64,000 nt of DNA from Castellaniella sp. (lineage in GTDB: Bacteria > Pseudomonadota > Gammaproteobacteria > Burkholderiales > Burkholderiaceae_B). The stretch is taken from NCBI RefSeq assembly GCF_034007085.1, contig NZ_JAVERO010000001.1:2991-66990 (forward strand). The letters run 5' to 3'. This document shows, in pieces, positions 60,208 through 64,000 of the stretch. How positions within the stretch are numbered: the first letter of the stretch is position 1; each line of letters starts with the position of its first letter. Below the pieces are notes generated by a model that worked only from the letters and a program-made list of their open reading frames with translations, did not search any database and was not told the origin of the DNA. The position numbers and the translations under genes are program-made.

Positions 60208-60933
60208 CTAGGGACAGGAGGCCCGGATCAACAGGGCCTTCATGCGCCGGATGGCCGGCTCCCAGCCGTCGAACACGGCCTGAGCAACGATAGCATGGCC
60301 GATGTTCAGTTCCGAGATACCCGGCAAAGCGGCAATGGGTTCGACATTGTCGTAATGCAGGCCGTGGCCGGCGTTGACCCGCAGCCCCTCGCCCACGCCG
60401 AGCGCAATGGCGGCCCGCAGGCGTTCCATCTGGGCGACCCGTGATGCGGCATCGGGCGCATCGGCATACGTGCCGGTATGCAATTCGATCACCCGGGCGC
60501 CTGCACGCGCTGCAGCATCGATCTGATCAGCCTCGGGATCGATGAACAGGGACACGCGGATGCCGGCGTCATGCAGCCGCGCAACCGCCGATGCCACCTC
60601 GTCATAGCGGCCCAGCACATCCAGACCACCTTCCGTGGTCAGTTCGCGCCGGTTCTCGGGCACCAGGCAGACGTCATGGGGACGGATGTCGCAGGCGATG
60701 GCCAGCATCTCCGGGGTGATGGCGCATTCCAGGTTCATGCGCGTGCGCAGCGCCGGCCGAATGGCGCGCACGTCAGCATCCTGGATATGGCGCCGGTCTT
60801 CGCGCAGGTGCAGCGTGATCAGATCCGCTCCGGCATCCTCGGCACGCAGCGCCGCTTGCAGAGGATCGGGATAGGTCGTCAGGCGCTGCTGGCGCAGGGT
60901 GGCGACGTGATCGATATTGACGCCCAGTTCCAT
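60208..60933 (-). CDS. pdxJ: Pyridoxine 5'-phosphate synthase
   Basis: [25 protein letters not shown], and ELHTG motifs; 241 aa. Confidence 0.94.
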   Translation of the reverse strand: MELGVNIDHVATLRQQRLTTYPDPLQAALRAEDAGADLITLHLREDRRHIQDADVRAIRPALRTRMNLECAITPEMLAIACDIRPHDVCLVPENRRELTTEGGLDVLGRYDEVASAVARLHDAGIRVSLFIDPEADQIDAAARAGARVIELHTGTYADAPDAASRVAQMERLRAAIALGVGEGLRVNAGHGLHYDNVEPIAALPGISELNIGHAIVAQAVFDGWEPAIRRMKALLIRASCP

Positions 60934-62366
60934 CAGGATGCCTCCGGCAGGTCATCGGCCGACCAGCCACCGCCCAGTGACTTGTACAGTTCCACCCGGT
61001 TGAACAGTGCATCGGTGCCCAGCTGGATGAACTGCTGCTGCACGCCGTACAGGGCAACCTGCGCGGACTGGACCTGCAAAAAGCTGTCCACGCCGGTTTC
61101 ATAGCGGATCTGGGCAAGCTTGAGCGTCCTGAGCGCGGATTCCTCGGTCGCGCGCAAGGCATCGAGCTGCTGGCTGTAGGTCGCCTCGCCTGCCAGCCCG
61201 TCGGCAACCTCGCGGAAAGCGGTCTGGATGGCTTTTTCATAGGCCGACACGGCGATATTGCTGCGCGCCTTGGCCAGATCCAGGTTGCCCTTGACCCCGC
61301 CCGAGAACAACGGCATCTGGATCAAAGGTGAAAACTGCCAATGGCGGTGGCTGCCACCGAACAAGGCATCGAGTTCAGGGCTGGCGAAACCGAACAGACC
61401 CGTCAGGCTGATGCGCGGGAAAAAAGCGGCCCGGGCAGCACCGATCTGGGCATTGGCGGCCAGCAGATCGTGCTCGGCGCCGACGATATCGGGCCGGCGT
61501 TCCAGCAATTGCGACGGCAGCCCTGCGGGCAGGGACGGCAGCAGCTGTTCACGACCAAACGGCAGGGGCTCGGGCAGATCGTCGGGCACCGGCATGCCCA
61601 GAATCAGCTGCAAGGCGTTGCCGGCTTGTGCCATGGCGCGCTCGGCGGCAATGCGATCGGCACGCACGGTATCGTACTGGGCCTGGGCCTGGGCCAGATC
61701 CAGATCAGAAGCGACACCCACGTCAAAGCGCGATTGCACCAGATCCAGCGTGCCCTTGCGGGCTTCCAGGGTCTGGTCCATCAGGTCGCGCATCACCTGG
61801 GCCGAGCGCAGACGAAAATACGCCTCGGCGGTCTGGGCGATCAGTCCAAGCTGGACGGTGCGGCGCGCCTGGTCAGTGGACAGGTAGGACTGGTAGGCGG
61901 CTTCGCTGAGATTGCGTACCCGGCCGAAGAAGTCCAGTTCGAAGGCGGTCATGCCCACGCCCGCACTGTAGCTGCGGCTGACGGACTTGGCATCGGGGCC
62001 GCCATTGCGCATGTCGGCTGGCATGCGGGTGACCTGCCCTGTTCCCTGCAGACCGATGGTCGGCACACGTTCACTTTGCACGATACCGAATTGGGCGCGC
62101 GCCTCTTCGACCCGGCCTACGGCAATGCGCAGATCACGGTTGTTTTTCAGCGCCAGCCCGATCAGGGCCTGCAGCCGGGGATCCCGGAAAAAATCCCGCC
62201 AGGCCGGCAGCGTCGCGGTCTGGCCGGCATCGGCAGCGGCCAGCGGAAAACGATCGGGCACCGGCGTATCGGGCCGGTGATAAGCGGGCGCCAGCGAGCA
62301 GGCGCCCAGCGTCAGTCCCAGCATGGAAACAGCCAGAATGCGCAGGGGGAATCGTCGATTCATCAT
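60933..62366 (-). CDS. RND efflux outer-membrane lipoprotein (NodT/OprM family)
   Basis: Lipobox LTLGAC after [16 protein letters not shown], then two OEP repeats. The 200-codon N-terminal extension in ORF 60933..62966 is rejected because it overlaps the RND gene. Confidence 0.88.
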   Translation of the reverse strand: MMNRRFPLRILAVSMLGLTLGACSLAPAYHRPDTPVPDRFPLAAADAGQTATLPAWRDFFRDPRLQALIGLALKNNRDLRIAVGRVEEARAQFGIVQSERVPTIGLQGTGQVTRMPADMRNGGPDAKSVSRSYSAGVGMTAFELDFFGRVRNLSEAAYQSYLSTDQARRTVQLGLIAQTAEAYFRLRSAQVMRDLMDQTLEARKGTLDLVQSRFDVGVASDLDLAQAQAQYDTVRADRIAAERAMAQAGNALQLILGMPVPDDLPEPLPFGREQLLPSLPAGLPSQLLERRPDIVGAEHDLLAANAQIGAARAAFFPRISLTGLFGFASPELDALFGGSHRHWQFSPLIQMPLFSGGVKGNLDLAKARSNIAVSAYEKAIQTAFREVADGLAGEATYSQQLDALRATEESALRTLKLAQIRYETGVDSFLQVQSAQVALYGVQQQFIQLGTDALFNRVELYKSLGGGWSADDLPEAS

Positions 62367-64000
62367 GCCTGGTCTCCCGGACCGGATCCACCTGCCGTAG
62401 GGATGTGTGGCGCCTGGTGGCCCAACAATTTCGGTTTGGTCTTGAACAATTTCAGAATCACCACGAAAAAGGTTGGCACGAAAAGCACGGCCAGCGGTGT
62501 GGCCGCCAGCATCCCGCCCAGCACGCCCAGGCCCACGGCATTCTGGCTGGCCGCACCCGCACCGTTGGCCAGGACCAGGGGCAGCACCCCCAGGATGAAG
62601 GCAAAGGAAGTCATCAGGATCGGGCGGAAACGCAGCCGCGCGGCCTCGATGGCCGATTCGGCCAACCCGGCGCCACTGGCATACAGGTCCTTGGCGAATT
62701 CCACGATCAGGATGGCGTTTTTCGCGGACAGGCCGATCACGGTCACCATCCCGACCATGAAATATACGTCGTTGTCCTTGCCCATCAGGCTGCTGAGCAG
62801 CACGGCGCCCAGCATGCCCAGGGGCACGGCCAGCATCACCGACAAGGGAATGGCCCAGCTTTCGTACAGGGCTGCCAGCACCATGAACACCACCAGGATC
62901 GACAGGCCCATCAGGATCACGGACTGGCTGCCCGCCTGGATTTCCTGATAGGACAGGCCAGTCCATTCATAACCCAGCCCTGGGGGCAGCTGCGCGATCA
63001 GGCGCTCCATTTCGGCCATGGCCTGGCCAGTGGAATACCCCGGCGCCGCCGAGCCGCCAATCCGGATGGACTCATAACCGTTGTAGCGCACGACCTGGAC
63101 CGGCCCCCGGGTCCATTCCAGGGACACGAACGAGGACAGCGGCACCATCTCGCCATTCACATTGCGTGCATTGAGCCGCAGGATGTCGTCTGGATTCATG
63201 CGCGCATCCTGATCCGCCTGGACCCAGATGTTCTGCACCCAGCCCTGGTTGGTGAACTTGCCCACATAGGACGAACCGATCGCCGTGGAAATCAGGTTGG
63301 CGGCTTCGGCAAAGTCCACGCCCAGGGCGGCCGCCTTGTCGCGGTCGATTTCGACCTTCAGCTGCGGTCCCGGGCTCAGGCCGGTGATGCGCGTGCCGGT
63401 CAGGATGGGGCTTTGCGAGGCCAGTTGCAGCAGCTGTTGCGAAGCCGCCTGCAGGGCATCGCCGCCCACGCCGCCTCGGTCTTCCAGCCTGAGGTCGAAA
63501 CCCGAGGCATTGCCCAGCGATGAAATGGCGGGCGGCGTGATGGCAATCACCATGGAATCCGGCAGGCCGAACAGCAGCTTGCCCATGGCGGTACCGGAAA
63601 TCGCCTGCGCCGAATCGCCTGGCCCCCTGCGTTCGGAAAAATCTTTCAATGGCACAAAGGCGATGGCGGCATTCAGGCCGTTGCCGTTGAAGCTGAAGCC
63701 CCGGACAGTAATGATATTGGCCACCTGCGGCAGGGCCATGAAATATTTTTCAACCTGCTGGATGATTTCCACTGTACGGCTGGTTGAAGCGCCCGAAGGC
63801 AGTTCGATGTTGGCGATCACATAGCCCTGGTCTTCTTCAGGCAGGAACGAGGTCGGCAGGCGCACGTACATCCAGCCCATCACCCCCACCAGCAGGGCGA
63901 ACACCAGCATCATGCGCAAGGTGCGTTTCAGGCTGCCGGTCACCCAGCGGGTATAACCATGCGTGGTTCGATTGAAGCCGCGGTTGAACCAGCCGAAAAA
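62363..64000 (-). CDS. RND (HAE1, AcrB/MexB-type) efflux permease, C-terminal ~545 residues (5' end outside window)
   Basis: The reading frame is open to the window edge. FFGWFNRGFNRTTHGYTRWV..., LSAKNAILIVEFAKDL and RLRPILMTS are hallmark AcrB-family segments. Confidence 0.92.
   Translation of the reverse strand, partial: FFGWFNRGFNRTTHGYTRWVTGSLKRTLRMMLVFALLVGVMGWMYVRLPTSFLPEEDQGYVIANIELPSGASTSRTVEIIQQVEKYFMALPQVANIITVRGFSFNGNGLNAAIAFVPLKDFSERRGPGDSAQAISGTAMGKLLFGLPDSMVIAITPPAISSLGNASGFDLRLEDRGGVGGDALQAASQQLLQLASQSPILTGTRITGLSPGPQLKVEIDRDKAAALGVDFAEAANLISTAIGSSYVGKFTNQGWVQNIWVQADQDARMNPDDILRLNARNVNGEMVPLSSFVSLEWTRGPVQVVRYNGYESIRIGGSAAPGYSTGQAMAEMERLIAQLPPGLGYEWTGLSYQEIQAGSQSVILMGLSILVVFMVLAALYESWAIPLSVMLAVPLGMLGAVLLSSLMGKDNDVYFMVGMVTVIGLSAKNAILIVEFAKDLYASGAGLAESAIEAARLRFRPILMTSFAFILGVLPLVLANGAGAASQNAVGLGVLGGMLAATPLAVLFVPTFFVVILKLFKTKPKLLGHQAPHIPTAGGSGPGDQA

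Overview
The window is a high-GC (about 63-65%) chromosomal segment. Gene content and order suggest a betaproteobacterium, probably Burkholderiales/Alcaligenaceae; this is an inference and no search was run. Almost all of it is densely packed core housekeeping. In order: sbp-cysTWA sulfate uptake; tatD-holB-tmk-mltG; a valine-catabolism trio (mmsB, 3-hydroxyisobutyryl-CoA hydrolase, acyl-CoA dehydrogenase); rnfH-ratA/smpB; ogt; ppsA/ppsR. Then comes the canonical rpsB-tsf-pyrH-frr-uppS-cdsA-dxr-rseP-bamA-skp-lpxD-fabZ-lpxA-lpxB-rnhB block. After that: map-glnD-dsbB; purF-cvpA-SPOR-folC; the aceE-aceF-lpd pyruvate dehydrogenase operon with a divergent PAS histidine kinase/FixJ-type regulator; folD; prlC; an SCO protein; two flavoenzymes; pdxJ; and the 3' part of an RND efflux operon that runs off the window. 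I found no rRNA, tRNA or CRISPR array. The one clearly accessory segment is 8639..11400, a 2762-bp decayed Tn3-family transposon. It has 26-bp perfect terminal inverted repeats and a 5-bp GACTC target-site duplication, and sits in the yeiH/ygfZ divergent intergenic region. Both of its transposition genes are fragments, but it keeps an intact RHH-PIN toxin-antitoxin pair. It also carries a MerR/ZntR-type metal-responsive operon encoding very cysteine-rich small proteins and no transporter or reductase. That cargo operon is the best candidate for something poorly described. I see no convincing novel multi-gene system in the core regions. Many long ORFs in the supplied track are antisense or out-of-frame artefacts of the high GC content and are rejected. 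All family assignments come from reading the translations and motifs, not from database searches.
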